Shown here piece after piece: positions 11,812 through 24,094 of a DNA stretch of 64,000 nucleotides. This stretch comes from Albugo candida (Eukaryota). The notes under the pieces were generated by a model. That model saw only the letters and a program-made list of their open reading frames with translations, did not search any database and was not told the DNA's origin. The position numbers were made by a program, and so were the translations under genes. Location of the stretch: the NCBI GenBank assembly GCA_040437565.1, contig JBDOQK010000001.1, forward strand, positions 682,001 to 746,000. Reading direction: 5' to 3'. Every line of letters begins with the position of its first letter. The first letter of the stretch is position 1.

Positions 11812-12673
11812 TTCAGAAGAAACTTATTCTTTGAGAGTCGTAGAAAAGATATACGCCTCACGTTTGATATGAGAATAACTGAAAAGAGATTTCTAAAGAT
11901 GTGTGTATGATTGTGGATCAGCTTGCTAGAGATTGAACACTGTCAAGTCTATAGTTAAACGTTATCGAATTGCTCTGATGTAGTGCGCCTTCGACAGTGA
12001 GAATGGCGAGTAGTGTTCGATTCAGTGGCAGCAAGTGTATTTTCTTCTCGAGTATTTTTCCCTCATCATGTGCTGCTTTTACACATGAGTTCTTGAATGA
12101 GCCAATAGGCAGCACAAACGCGCAATACGGTCCGCTCGTGTAAAGGAGTGTGCAATATGAGTAATAGGAAGGTCGAGGGAAAAACGTATGCAGGTATAAG
12201 TGATNNNNNNNNNNNNNNNNNNNNNNNNNNNNNNNNNNNNNNNNNNNNNNNNNNNNNNNNNNNNNNNNNNNNNNNNNNNNNNNNNNNNNNNNNNNNNNNN
12301 NNNNCAAGTGTATTTTCTTCTCGAGTATTTTTCCCTCATCATGTGCTGCTTTTACACATGAGTTCTTGAATGAGCCAATAGGCAGCACAAACGCGCAATA
12401 CGGTCCGCTCGTGTAAAGGAGTGTGCAATATGAGTAATAGGAAGGTCGAGGGAAAAACGTATGCAGGTATAAGTGATAACAGAGAAGGATAATTAGACTC
12501 CGTTAAATGACACATTACTACGCTATAGCTTATAAGTAAACAAGTAACACGATGAAGACGATGGCGAAGCAATGTATCATCCCTCAATGTTGCATTTGCG
12601 TGAAGTTTTTCTAGGTTCTTTCTTTATTCTATTCTCGAAATTTTTACGCCTTCTTCATTTTTCCTCACTGTAT

Positions 12674-14782
12674 TCAGACTCCGAATGCTAATTTTCGGCG
12701 CATTGGTTGATGTGCATCTGATTCTATTGAGGCATGTCCGAATGTAATTGGCCTATCCAATCGCTTCGCGGGACAAGACTAAAAATTGGAAATTAGACAA
12801 CCAATGATACGGTTCGACCCATCTTACCTTGGGTCGTTCGGGTAGTGTAAAACCCGTTTTGTTCCATTGCTCGGCCACCATTCGAGATCCAACTCGACTT
12901 GAATGCATTACATCATTTTCTTCACGTTTTTTACTCAAATTGCTACCAGACACCGCAGTTGTAGTACTTATTTGCCGGGCTTTTGTTACAACCTCTGCAA
13001 GACGCCACTTCGGCAACCCGTTTCCCCGTTTGGTTTCATCTTCAACCTCATCAACAACCACTTCCTCCACTTGTGTTTTCTCAATTTTTTTCCTCTCGCA
13101 AAGATCGTCACTCACAACGTGAGTATTTTTTCCGCAAACTGCACAGAGATTTCCGCTAAGTCGCATGATTTTCTTGGTCATTTCGAGGTTAATGTTTGGC
13201 AGCCGAATCGTTTGCTGCAACCGCGATTCTCGCCACATCGCTCTTCGTCGCGCAATAATCTGCAGGGTCTTAACGGTCCGTTGAAGATGTGGTTGTATCT
13301 CAGCACCAAAATGATGATGAAAGAGTTTTCTCTAATTTCCCCGAGTTAAAAGCGTATCACGATGCGAGCACTCACTCACCGAAAGAGCGAGACACTCGAC
13401 GCGCGTGAGAGCTCGAATATCCGTAGGATTAGCTGTGCTTTTCTTGTCCACGATGTGTTCGCCGACAACATCATATTTTCCCATCCAAACGAGATCCACT
13501 GTTCGATATCGCTGCCAATTTTTCTGTTTTCGGACTCTGAAACATCAAGAGTGAGCATTTCGTTCGGCAGTTTTGAGTGTGGCGTACTTTGAGTGATCTT
13601 CATTTAATCGTACTCGCGCACATTCTAAAGCTTCACCGTGCAGAATAAAGTAGATATATGCAGGCTCTGCTCCTTTCCGCACAATATATTGCTACAGTGT
13701 CGCCATGAGTTCCACAACACAGATGCATGAGGAACGCACGCCGGCAGAAATCGATATCAACTTCATCGAGTGGACCACTTGCATTAGCTCTACGAATACA
13801 ACTGAACATTTGGTCGTACAAAACCTGGAAAACGTACGCATTTTTGTCCATTTTCGGAAAAGAAACATTCGTTCAAAAAATGATATTTGTTCTGCGACTG
13901 CTCCTTTTGCGATCAAACTCTGAGTCATGCGCAAATAATTAGCTGATGATAAGGCGACAAAACTCGCTCGTTCGACATTCGCATCGACAAGCACCGTTGC
14001 GTTTCGTTTGGAATTCGCATTGATCAAGCTAACTTCACCAAACGTTGCGCCCGCCGTAAGCATTGCGACTTTTTTGCCGTAATAAATATCCAAATCCGCC
14101 TGCAGAAACAATTAGACTTATTTCGTGCTAGTGATACAAACACTTACTGAGATACCGCTCTTTAGAAACGCAGCGTGCATTTCCTGCTCTTCTGCGGTTC
14201 GAATATGAATGCTCACTGCACCACTGAGAATAAGGAAACAAGTTTCTCCTTTGTCTCCCTGATGTACCAGCACTTCGGTCGCTAGTAAGCGAGTATAAGA
14301 TGAGAAAACGTGCGTTTTTGTATGATACCGTTACGATGCAAAAATTCCATTTCTCGACAAAGTTTCTTAGCAGAGTGTTCCGTCATGGAGACAAGTAAAG
14401 TCTTCAATTTCTCTTCATGCATAAGCCATTGAAATATGGCATTGACGTCCGACTGCGAGCGATCTCCTGGGGCTCGATGAAATGTTCTACACATCAATAA
14501 GAGAAACTTTCGAATGTGTGGAATCACTTGCCTGATAAGTTGAAGAACTTTGGTTGCGACGTTCGCCATCGAAGCTTTTTCGACAACATATTTTCTCAAT
14601 ATGCGCCATCTGTGTGAAGTCGTAAAATGCCGTATGATTCGATTAGCGATGAATTTGACTTTGGGACTGTGAGAAATCGCAGTCACAGTAACTTCTTTTG
14701 CACTAGACTGCTGGAGAACTGACTTTTTCGTGCTCGAGTTTGGTGAGTTGTCAAGTTGATGTAGCTTCCTTAAGTGAGTCAT
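12674..14782 (-). CDS. Multi-exon cyclic-nucleotide-binding domain protein
   Basis: The spliced translation gives VLVHQGDKGETCFLILSGAVSIH and AGATFGEVSLINANSKRNATV (cNMP-binding phosphate cassette). There are several 45-60 nt introns. The 3' exon structure and the stop at 12674 are tentative. Confidence 0.75.
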
Positions 14783-14897
14783 AGCACCGAGTTGTACTCG
14801 AGAGCTATTTCAAGTAGCCAATGCATTCAAGGCATGAAGCAGTCGCAGTCAGATTGGATGAAAGGGGCATAATGCACAGATCTTATATTATAGTTTC

Positions 14898-16775
14898 TTA
14901 AGTCAGTTTGTAAGACTCGAGACGCGATTTGGAAAGGAGAGACATGCTTTTGCTTTGCTTAGTGCGTTTCCGACGCTTTTTTGGCGATTGAATACTCGAC
15001 TCTTCTTTTAAGGGTTTTGAGCTTTTCTTTCTCCGTTTGCGCTTTTTCGACTCTTTAGGTGCCTCGTCGATCGTCTGTTCATTTTTTACCTCTTGTTGGT
15101 CTTCTTCATCTCCTATTTCCCGCTTTTCCTCATCTTGTATCCTGCACTTCTCCTTGTCTGTTATTATCTGCTCTTCTTCTATCGCTTGCTCTTCATCCAC
15201 CATTGCTTTTATTTTCTGCGATTTTTTGTCTAATGATGGTTTTTCTTTTTTGGCTTGACGTAAATGTTTCTTGAAGCTTTTCAGCTTTGAGCGATTCAAA
15301 AGCGCCTCGCGATCGTTGTACGGTGCGATTTTCTTCAAAGATACTAAATGACGAAGATCTTTATCGTCAGCTTCTAAGATATCATCCACGGAGAGCCCAA
15401 AATCATTGCTTTGTACTGTTCGATAACGGAATCCGCTGGACGTTTTATTTAGCATATGATCGTCCTCAAGATCCTGCAGTTCTGATTCACATAAGTCCTT
15501 CCGACGTTTGATCTCTTCCAGAATATTTTCATCATTCTTACTCACTTCGGCCTCGACTTCATCATCACTGCTGTCCCATTTCGGTTTGTGTTGGTCGACA
15601 TCTTCCATATCATTATAATAGTCGTCGTTAAAGATCTCCTGCATCCTCGAATCGTATTCATCTGGATCAAAAGGTGCTTCCAAATCCGATTCCGTCAGTT
15701 TAGCTTTCTGGTCCTCGAGAGGTTTCTTGCTCATCAGACGAGCTATCGACTCGAGTTTCTTTTGGATTTGTGCCTTTTTCAAGTTTTTCAACCGTCTCAA
15801 TTCTTCTTCCTTCTTCTTGCGTTCCAACAATTTCCGCTCTTTTTTCTCTTGTCGTTTGCGCTTACGTGAGGCTTCTTCCCGACGCACTAAGCCATCGATT
15901 TTACGCGGAAATGTCTGAATGATTCCACCATTCTCTTCCTCAAACCGGAAATTATAACTCTGCTCATAATTTTCCATCTTTTCTAGTTCTTCAGCATCAG
16001 CTTCGTCTTCTCTGATGATATCGTCATACTGTGGAATTGTGTCATTCTTCTCCTTCCAGCCTTGTCGAGATAAGTAATTTTCAAGAAATTCATCAGGGTC
16101 ATCCGTAATTATTATCTCAGAATCATGCATTGGTGCCGCTTTTTCGAGCTTCTCTGCATTTGTGCGAACACGTAACAGACCTCCGTCCAATTCTTGGGCC
16201 TTTACATCGCACTCTTCACTGCTATCAGTCTTTTCAGCTTCTTGGACGCAGGAAATAAAATCCTGACGCAATTTTTGTTGCTCTTCTTGATAGGTCATGT
16301 GTGACTTGTTCTCATCAACGGTGTCCCGCTCATCGTCTTCTTCATGAAGTTCTCCAGAAAGTAATTGCTCTCGCATAACATCTTTATAATATTTTGGTCT
16401 GTCTTTTAGCGGTATTGCGACTTTCTTATTTTGATTTGGAAGCTCATCTTGATCTTGATAAAACTGAAATGAAGTGTCGTATATGGCTGGATCACGTTTT
16501 CGAATAAGTTCGAGTGTATTTTTGATCGCAGCGTCCAATTCACCTGTCAGTTCAATTCCGTCTTCGTCTTCCTCCTCTGAATCCGATGACTCGGAGGAAT
16601 CATTGTCCAGTTTTGCTTGCAAGCGTTTAAGTTCTTGCTTCTCTTTCACTTGATTGAATTTTCTAGCATACTCCTTATTGATCGTTAGCTTCACATCCAG
16701 TTCTGCAGTATTTGAGGGTGTGTCGAGTGCCCCCTCAAGTGAGTTTTTGACTACACGATTCGACTTTAGCGCCAT
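14898..16775 (-). CDS. KRI1: KRI1 homolog (40S ribosome biogenesis)
   Basis: Motifs are YNFRFEE..G..IQTFPR, KEEELRRLKNLKK, FDPDEYD and the Kri1_C segment FRYRTVQSNDFGLSVDDILEADDKDLRHLVSLKKIAPY. It ends in SRLESY. Confidence 0.93.
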   Translation of the reverse strand: MALKSNRVVKNSLEGALDTPSNTAELDVKLTINKEYARKFNQVKEKQELKRLQAKLDNDSSESSDSEEEDEDGIELTGELDAAIKNTLELIRKRDPAIYDTSFQFYQDQDELPNQNKKVAIPLKDRPKYYKDVMREQLLSGELHEEDDERDTVDENKSHMTYQEEQQKLRQDFISCVQEAEKTDSSEECDVKAQELDGGLLRVRTNAEKLEKAAPMHDSEIIITDDPDEFLENYLSRQGWKEKNDTIPQYDDIIREDEADAEELEKMENYEQSYNFRFEEENGGIIQTFPRKIDGLVRREEASRKRKRQEKKERKLLERKKKEEELRRLKNLKKAQIQKKLESIARLMSKKPLEDQKAKLTESDLEAPFDPDEYDSRMQEIFNDDYYNDMEDVDQHKPKWDSSDDEVEAEVSKNDENILEEIKRRKDLCESELQDLEDDHMLNKTSSGFRYRTVQSNDFGLSVDDILEADDKDLRHLVSLKKIAPYNDREALLNRSKLKSFKKHLRQAKKEKPSLDKKSQKIKAMVDEEQAIEEEQIITDKEKCRIQDEEKREIGDEEDQQEVKNEQTIDEAPKESKKRKRRKKSSKPLKEESSIQSPKKRRKRTKQSKSMSLLSKSRLESYKLT

Positions 16776-17024
16776 TCAAACAAACTAAGCTAGAAATGTA
16801 ATATTCGTGAAAGAAGGACGCAATAGTCGATTCTGTTGGTGGTGAGAGGATCATCCTTATAACCCTGTCCCCTATTCTCCGAAGAAAAGCATAACTTCAT
16901 TTGAGTGGAGAGCCTCACGTGAGAATTTAATCATCTATACAAAAGTATATACGTTCTCAGTCGACCGACTGACCGACTCTTACCGCAAGCACCGTCCTCC
17001 ACTCACTCACTACCGTTCATTGAA

Positions 17025-17801
17025 ATGAGAGAAACCAGAGAAGAAGAACGCGAACTTGCGCTGATTCAAACGTTTTCAGCAGTCATTGAATCGATGATTC
17101 ATTCCTCCGAGTCGGTTTCGTACTCCTATCATGCAAAGTCCAAGTTTGAAGCGTTCCGGGCTCCGAGTATATCTATCCGCGATTATCTATCTCGCATTCA
17201 TAAATTCGCAGCCTGTAGCCCTGAGTGTTTCGTGCTTGCTCTGGTCTACATCGATCGACTTCATCAAATGCAAGGGATCCTACTCACAGACCTCAATGTT
17301 CATCGTGTTATCATCACCAGTGTCGTGGTGGCCGCAAAGTTTTTCGATGATCACTACTATAACAATGCGTACTATGCTAAAGTCGGTGGAGTACCTTGCT
17401 CGGAATTGAACCAACTCGAAGTAGAACTGCTGCTTATGATCAATTTTTCTTTGCATGTGAATACGGACACTTATGTGCATTATTACAATGAATTATCCAA
17501 CCACTATATATTCACGAGTCCTCGTCATTCATTGGCACCGAACGTTCCGGTAAATGGGCAATTTCGTCATTATGTGGCGCCGAACCAGCAAAGCGAGTTA
17601 GTGTATATCACCGAAGTCGTACCTGCGCGACCACTTCATCGATCGCAGCCGCCTTTGTACCCACAGGCATGTCATCGTCGAGCCATGGAAGAACTTGAAA
17701 AGAGTGTGGGAAGCAATTCCACACAGCATTTCGTTCGACAAGGTAGTCGATCTTCTGGACAAAAACGACGTAGTGCGGTGGCATTAGGAGTCAATGCGTG
17801 A
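17025..17801 (+). CDS. Cyclin-P/U (PHO80-like) family cyclin
   Basis: PSISIRDYLSRIHKFAACSPECFVLALVYIDRL, NVHRVIITSVVVAAKFFDD and YAKVGGVPCSELNQLE are typical of cyclin-U. Confidence 0.93.
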   Translation: MRETREEERELALIQTFSAVIESMIHSSESVSYSYHAKSKFEAFRAPSISIRDYLSRIHKFAACSPECFVLALVYIDRLHQMQGILLTDLNVHRVIITSVVVAAKFFDDHYYNNAYYAKVGGVPCSELNQLEVELLLMINFSLHVNTDTYVHYYNELSNHYIFTSPRHSLAPNVPVNGQFRHYVAPNQQSELVYITEVVPARPLHRSQPPLYPQACHRRAMEELEKSVGSNSTQHFVRQGSRSSGQKRRSAVALGVNA

Positions 17802-18373
17802 TTATGTGTTGGGTTTTAGACGACAAATGGTGGGCTCGATCAAGTGTAGTAATAGTAATAGTCAAGGTGATAGGTATAGAATGGATCGAGCTTATATTAC
17901 GAAATAGTCGTAGAAAGAATCTTATCAAGTACAAGTAGAGTTAAATCTAGATTACTAGCAATGATCAATTGTCCTGCAGACAGCCCATCGGTTGAATATA
18001 ATTTCCAAGCAGAAGAATGCATGATTTATCTGATTTGATAGGCCTTTGAGAGAAAGGCTTATGCTTCTTATACGTATACCTTTCAATTGATTCTCAGCCG
18101 AAAATTTCCGGTGAGGTATACAAAGATCAGTGGTACTTTCAGTCATTAGAAAGCTTGTTTTCGCTACGCATGCATCAGTAGTGTTGCAGGATTATTGACA
18201 ATGTTGAACCTTTGACCTTAAGAATTTCTAAAGAGTAACATCGATCTCAGTCAGGCGACCTTTGTCGGTAGCTTATTTTGTGAATGACATCCGAGCAAAA
18301 CATTAAGATGGAGCAATTTCACATATTATATTCATACAGATCATGTTGGTATAACACGATGCGGAAGGAATCA

Positions 18374-18769
18374 TCACATGTCTCCGTGATCCTTTAGCGC
18401 TGCGTTCATGCGATTCACAAAATCCCGCTGTTCTACAGATAATCCCCACACGGGTGCGCCTTTGATGACCAATCGATTCAGAAGTGACGCATACGATGGA
18501 ATATTGGCCAGCTCTTTCAAGTTGCTTTCCATGGACTCATTGTGATTCAACTTGGACATGAGAGAATTTAAAGTATCAATATCACTTTCTTCCGCTCGTG
18601 AACCAGGACGAAACTGATGAGCCTCTGAACGAGATTTTATCGAGCCATAGAATCCACCTTGACCTTGATGTGCGTGGCCACCAGAATATGTCGTAAAAGT
18701 CAATACATATGAGTGGCTGATTCTCAGCCTTTCCAGTTGAAAAGTACGTTTGAGTGGCTTTTGAAGCAT
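18374..18769 (-). CDS. Hypothetical small protein (131 aa), possibly mitochondrially targeted
   Basis: This ATG-initiated ORF has a basic, acid-poor N-terminus, a Gly-rich YSGGHAHQGQGGFYGS motif and a C-terminal GAPVWGL. No family is recognised. Confidence 0.6.
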   Translation of the reverse strand: MLQKPLKRTFQLERLRISHSYVLTFTTYSGGHAHQGQGGFYGSIKSRSEAHQFRPGSRAEESDIDTLNSLMSKLNHNESMESNLKELANIPSYASLLNRLVIKGAPVWGLSVEQRDFVNRMNAALKDHGDM

Positions 18770-21258
18770 TTTCTTTTGAAATGACGGATAACTGGGTGAC
18801 TCATAAAGCTGATCTTTGGGTAAAAAAAAAGAAGAGAATTACTGTCGCAGTTCTTTTTAACCAATCGAAATGAATGGTTGTGCCTGATCACGATGACGTG
18901 AGAATGGCAACTGTACTGACGTAATTGCAACAGTTTACGACAGATTCATAGGCACAACCTATCCAATACTAATACGTCAATGTTATCGTAAAGTGTCTCG
19001 TGCGTAGCTATTCGGACTGACTTTTCCACATTTCGCATAGCAGCCAAAAATTGTCCTTTATGAAAGTATGGATATTGCCTGTACAGTACCTCGCTCAATG
19101 CCCGACACTATGTTGACGTAGTAAAATGCTATCATAACTTAACAACCAGCTACTTGAACTGGAAGGAGTTGAGGTACAAAACTTCGTCAAAATGCAACAG
19201 TGTCAGCATTTGTTTGCCATATGCACGAAACACCTTCCGTCAAAATTGTCTCACTTTGNNNNNNNNNNNNNNNNNNNNNNNNNNNNNNNNNNNNNNNNNN
19301 NNNNNNNNNNNNNNNNNNNNNNNNNNNNNNNNNNNNNNNNNNNNNNNNNNNNNNNNNNCAGCTACTTGAACTGGAAGGAGTTGAGGTACAAAACTTCGTC
19401 AAAATGCAACAGTGTCAGCATTTGTTTGCCATATGCACGAAACACCTTCCGTCAAAATTGTCTCACTTTGGAACAAAAATAGAAGACATGTGGGCAGGCG
19501 GGATGCGCCTTTATGCTTTAAGAATATAATCATATCCATAAAGTAGAATGATTTAATAAAATCGAAGCGACATTGATTGACCTAAACAGCACTTGCTCGA
19601 GGCGTTTAAAAAAGAAATGTACGTTACTTGCTGTTCTCAACGCTACGGCTGCGAAAGTACTGATAGCAATCCATATCTGATATGTCTTTAGTTGGCAAAA
19701 CATTTGCAAGCGCATTGGATCATATTCACATGTAAGATGTGAGTAGCACACGGTACAGCTCTTTGTGCCGATGTGGCTGAGAAGTAGCCAGTATATGCAA
19801 ATATCGTACCCTCGTGTTTTAGCCAACCGAGGTGTCTCCATATAGAGGATAAGATGAATGATAATGTCCCTATCACGTCCCGACAGGCAACGGCATGCAT
19901 CCGTGACAAGCTCTCTTGTAAAACATTTGAGTCAATGTAGATATGAATAGTTTCTAGCTAGTGGTGCCGAATAGAACTACAAGGACGATAAGCCCCGTAG
20001 AGCACTTTAAAGGAGACAATTGGAGCTTTCACCGCATCAACGAATGGCTCAAAGAATCCTGCATCTCTCTGTTCGGTAATCCAGTCACTTGCGTTATAGC
20101 TGATTTTGCAACTATCTTTGCATCTGCACCAAACAATGTACTGCACAATGCGAAAGCTCTGGATAGCACTAGGTCAGTGGCTGCATCCCAGACATACCCG
20201 CATCATCTCAAAACCTCACGTCATGCATTGTATGCCTTCGACGTGCTTTTATAGCGATAAATCGTGGATGAGCAGTCGAGGCAATAGCTTCGTCGAATGC
20301 TTGCATTCTTAATATCTCGAAGATAATATACCGATCTCTAGCTTGATACTGAACCGGTAGATCACCCCATCATCCATAGATACATAGTTTGCTTGATAAG
20401 ACTGCTTTACATGCCACATCTCGTATGTTGGGGCCTCTATCACGACACGATTCTTCTTGTAGTATGCAGTGCCTACGGTGCCATTATCAGATCGAATTTC
20501 GCGTAGTGTACGAAAAAGTCGACGTGTAACCAAAAGTGGTCCTTCTATATCGCACATGTGAATTTCTTGTTGGAACAAAAGATCGTATTGGATCGCCATG
20601 TTGGACATATAGCAGCAATGAGGCAATTTTGATCATTTTCAGTACACTGTATCATTCATTCACACTTGGGTATGAATAAAGTGTCAAAGAGAAGTATAAA
20701 TTCTAAAAATTCAATCGTGACCGCCCGCCACCCTCAAAAGTCTAAAATCGATGCAATTATGCAGAGAGAAGCAATCCTTCAGTAAAGCTGAAGAATGGCC
20801 GGTGATAGACTATCTGGATCTCGTAACGAGGATTCTAAAAAATGTCATGGTAGATCGTTATTATCATGACTGTGGCCTGATTCCTTAGGAAGTGAAACTC
20901 GTATGGAAACAAATGCTAAGGCACGTAGTACGAATACACGACACATTTTCACGATCACGATCAAAGTATCTGGTTGTATGCTGACTCACTAATCTTCATC
21001 GATTGCGAGGACTCGTTATTCGTTCATGCTTTTGTAATTGAGGATTCATAATGGATGCCAAAATCCACTACAAGTGGAAATATACCATCATAGATACCCT
21101 CCGTCTCGTACGAAACATCCAAAGCTGATTCGCTTTGACTGTTCTTCAGGACAAGCCCGTTCACAGAACATACATCAAATACGTGACAATGAGAAAATTG
21201 AAAAAAAACAATATTCATTCAACAGTAAAAAAAATCAGAGGGTCACCGGTAAGAGTAA

Positions 21259-22593
21259 TTAGTAGCGCTGTCGAGTCATTCCTTTCGCTTCCTCGCGGCT
21301 ACCGGTGGCGACACGAGGTGCTGCATACGATTGTGCTTCAGCTGACAAATGTCTATCCTCTCGTACACCTGAGCGGTAGGATGCTTGAAGCTGTCCTTCT
21401 GTGGATTCTTTTGATTCATCTCTAACGAAAAGACGACCTTGTGATGCCCCTGGTCGATCTCTGGAGACTGAATCTTGTCTTTCGGCGCGCACACTACGTT
21501 CCGCGTTGTCACCACTAGTTCCTCTTTCTCTTCGTCCAGTTCTCTATCAAAGATTTTACTGTCAGGTTTCGACCAAATGGCGAAATTTCATCAGGAAAAC
21601 GTACCAAATTCAAAACAGTCCAATCAAACATGGCGTCAAATTGGAATCCCTTACGAAAGAACAGCTCTTTGAATAATCGCTTGAGGTACGCGTAGTCAGG
21701 TTTATCGTCAAAACGAAGCGCGCGGCAGTACTCAAAGTACGCGCGGAATTCTGCTGGGTATCCTTTGCACAAAACTTCGATGGGTGTGTTCATTTTCTTT
21801 TCCATGATTTTTTCGTATTTTTGCTTCTTCGTATTCGCCTTCAAACCTTGCCAAGGAAGACTACCACGTATGAAGTACATGAAGACGTAACCAAGTGATT
21901 CCAAATCATCGCGCCGACTTTGCTCGATACCAACGTGTGTGTTGATGGATGCGTATCGTGCTGTTCCAGTCAAATTTTTATTCTCCCGATAAGGAATGTG
22001 CTGATGTGTTCTGGGGTCACGATACTTTTTAGCGAGACCAAAATCGATGATGTGACAGATCTGAGCTCGTTTACCAAGACCGATGAGAAAGTTGTCAGGT
22101 TTGACATCACGGTGGATAAAGTTTTTCTGATGCACGTATTCCAGACGGCAGATGAGCTGATCAGCGATCATAAGCACCGTTTTAAGTTGGAAGCGACGCG
22201 CACAATAATTAAAAAGATCTTCCAATGATGGACCCAGTAAATCGACCACCATAACATTATATTCGCCCTCAACGCCAAACCATCGTAAATTAGGAATGCC
22301 CACTGCTTAAAACATGTCATAAATAATAAACCAGTTCAGTACATATGCATTGCAATAAAGAAAAGTAATATAATATACGTACATCCACCACATATGATTT
22401 TATAAACTCTAGATTCGTATAATAGTTGAGGATGCTTGCTTTTGACAGACTCCAACTTGATTGCGACTTCTTCACCCGAAGTCATATTGACTCCGAGATA
22501 GATATCTCCAAAAGAACCGCTTCCAATTTTACGTCCTAGTCGGAATTTCTTACCGACACGCAAATCCAGCGAGTTTTCACGTATTAGATGCAT
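21259..22593 (-). CDS. CK1: Casein kinase 1 (delta/epsilon-like), 3 exons
   Basis: Motifs are [57 protein letters not shown] and LPWQGL. Exons are 22593-22383, 22302-21605 and 21543-21259, with GT-AG introns. Confidence 0.97.
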
Positions 22594-23094
22594 TGTGTGA
22601 GTAAATAACTAAGAAAATCCGTTAGTAACTTGATGGAGGTCGACCGCTTGCTAAATCGTACCACTGATACTGTTTTTTTGCAAAAGTAAGTTGCTTGTTG
22701 TAAGCTTGTGATAGGACGAGACTTTGGCAGAGAATCCCACTACGAGTGAACACCGGTTTCAGACTGAAATGACCGTTTAGGTCCTTCTTGTAAATCGTAA
22801 AGGAGCAAATCCTAGTATCTAGACGCTCTCTTTGCACGCAAACTTGTCTGATTCTTGAATGCAAACTTTTGTTTGAAAGTATAATATGCCTCTTAATGGA
22901 GAAAAGGGGGAGAATGAAAAAGGGAGAAAAACCTCCGAAAAATTGATCGTGTGACCTAAAATAATGAACGAAGTGTAAAACCTTGAAAGAATCAGAATAC
23001 ACAGTATACCCTTTTTGCTATATTAAAACAATAACCTAAACGACTTGTTTGCACTCTTGATATTTTCATATTTCATCGAATCGTATAATGCAAA

Positions 23095-23991
23095 ATGGTT
23101 TTAACCAACATTACGGAAACACGCTTATCCATTTAGCTGGGATGTCGTCACTCGAGCTTTTTGGAACAAGTACCCGAATCCAAGATTATCACATGTAGAG
23201 CGTGTGGATGTATTGGATCGAGTTATGGATGAGCAAGGGAGACTCTGTATGTGTCGATTGGCAAAATGTACACAAAACAACATACCCAATTNNNNNNNNN
23301 NNNNNNNNNNNNNNNNNNNNNNNNNNNNNNNNNNNNNNNNNNNNNNNNNNNNNNNNNNNNNNNNNNNNNNNNNNNNNNNNNNNNNNNNNNNGTTTCAACC
23401 AACATTACGGAACACGCTTATCCATTTAGCTGGGATGTCGTCACTCGAGCTTTTTGGAACAAGTACTCGAATCCGAGATTATCACATGTAGAGCGTGTGG
23501 ATGTATTGGATCGAGTTTTGGATGAGCAAGGGAGACTCTGTATGTGTCGATTGGCAAAATGTACACAAAACAACATACCCAATTGGGCCAAAAACCTGAT
23601 CGGTGGAAGTACGTCCTACGTATACGAAGAATCAATTTGTGATCCGCGTTCAAAACGTCTTAAACTCAAATCGACGAATCTTTCCTTTCGGTCGGTTGCG
23701 ACTATTGAGGAAACCTGTGTTTACTCTGTACATCCCAATAACTCTCAACAGACGTTGTACCGAGCAGAGGCCAAAGTTTCCGCATTCATTCCATTCATCT
23801 CAAGTAAATTAGAGCGGTTTTCCGTTCGAAGTGGGTCGGAAACCGCTGCGGATGGTATTCGAGCCATTGAGAATATTTGCAATGATATCTTCGAAGGGAC
23901 ATTCGCGCCGGCAATGTGTGAAGAAATGTCGAATACTGGATCAGGCAGACACAATATGCATGTCAATGAGACAGGGAATGTCTTTATTTGA
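23095..23991 (+). CDS. PRELI/MSF1 domain protein (Ups/slowmo-like mitochondrial lipid transfer); 5' part present as two non-identical copies across a gap
   Basis: Motifs are EHAYPFSWDVVTRAFWNKY(P/S)NP..SHV..VDVLDR, SYVYEESICDP..K.L.L.STNLSF and EETCVYSVHP.N...T. The ATG at 23095 lies in the left copy. Confidence 0.88.
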
Positions 23992-24094
23992 TATATCTTG
24001 CACGGTTTTATTAAATTTCTAGAGCGCTTACGCTGTACAGACTATTGAATATATGAAGATAATAACATCTTCTGATTATTGAACATTCGTTTTC

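Noticed and set aside
19061..20630. Possible multi-exon hypothetical gene on +, or the 105-aa ORF 20309-20626 on -
   Set aside because: Some splice-like signals are present, but I could not build a stop-free model or recognise a domain.
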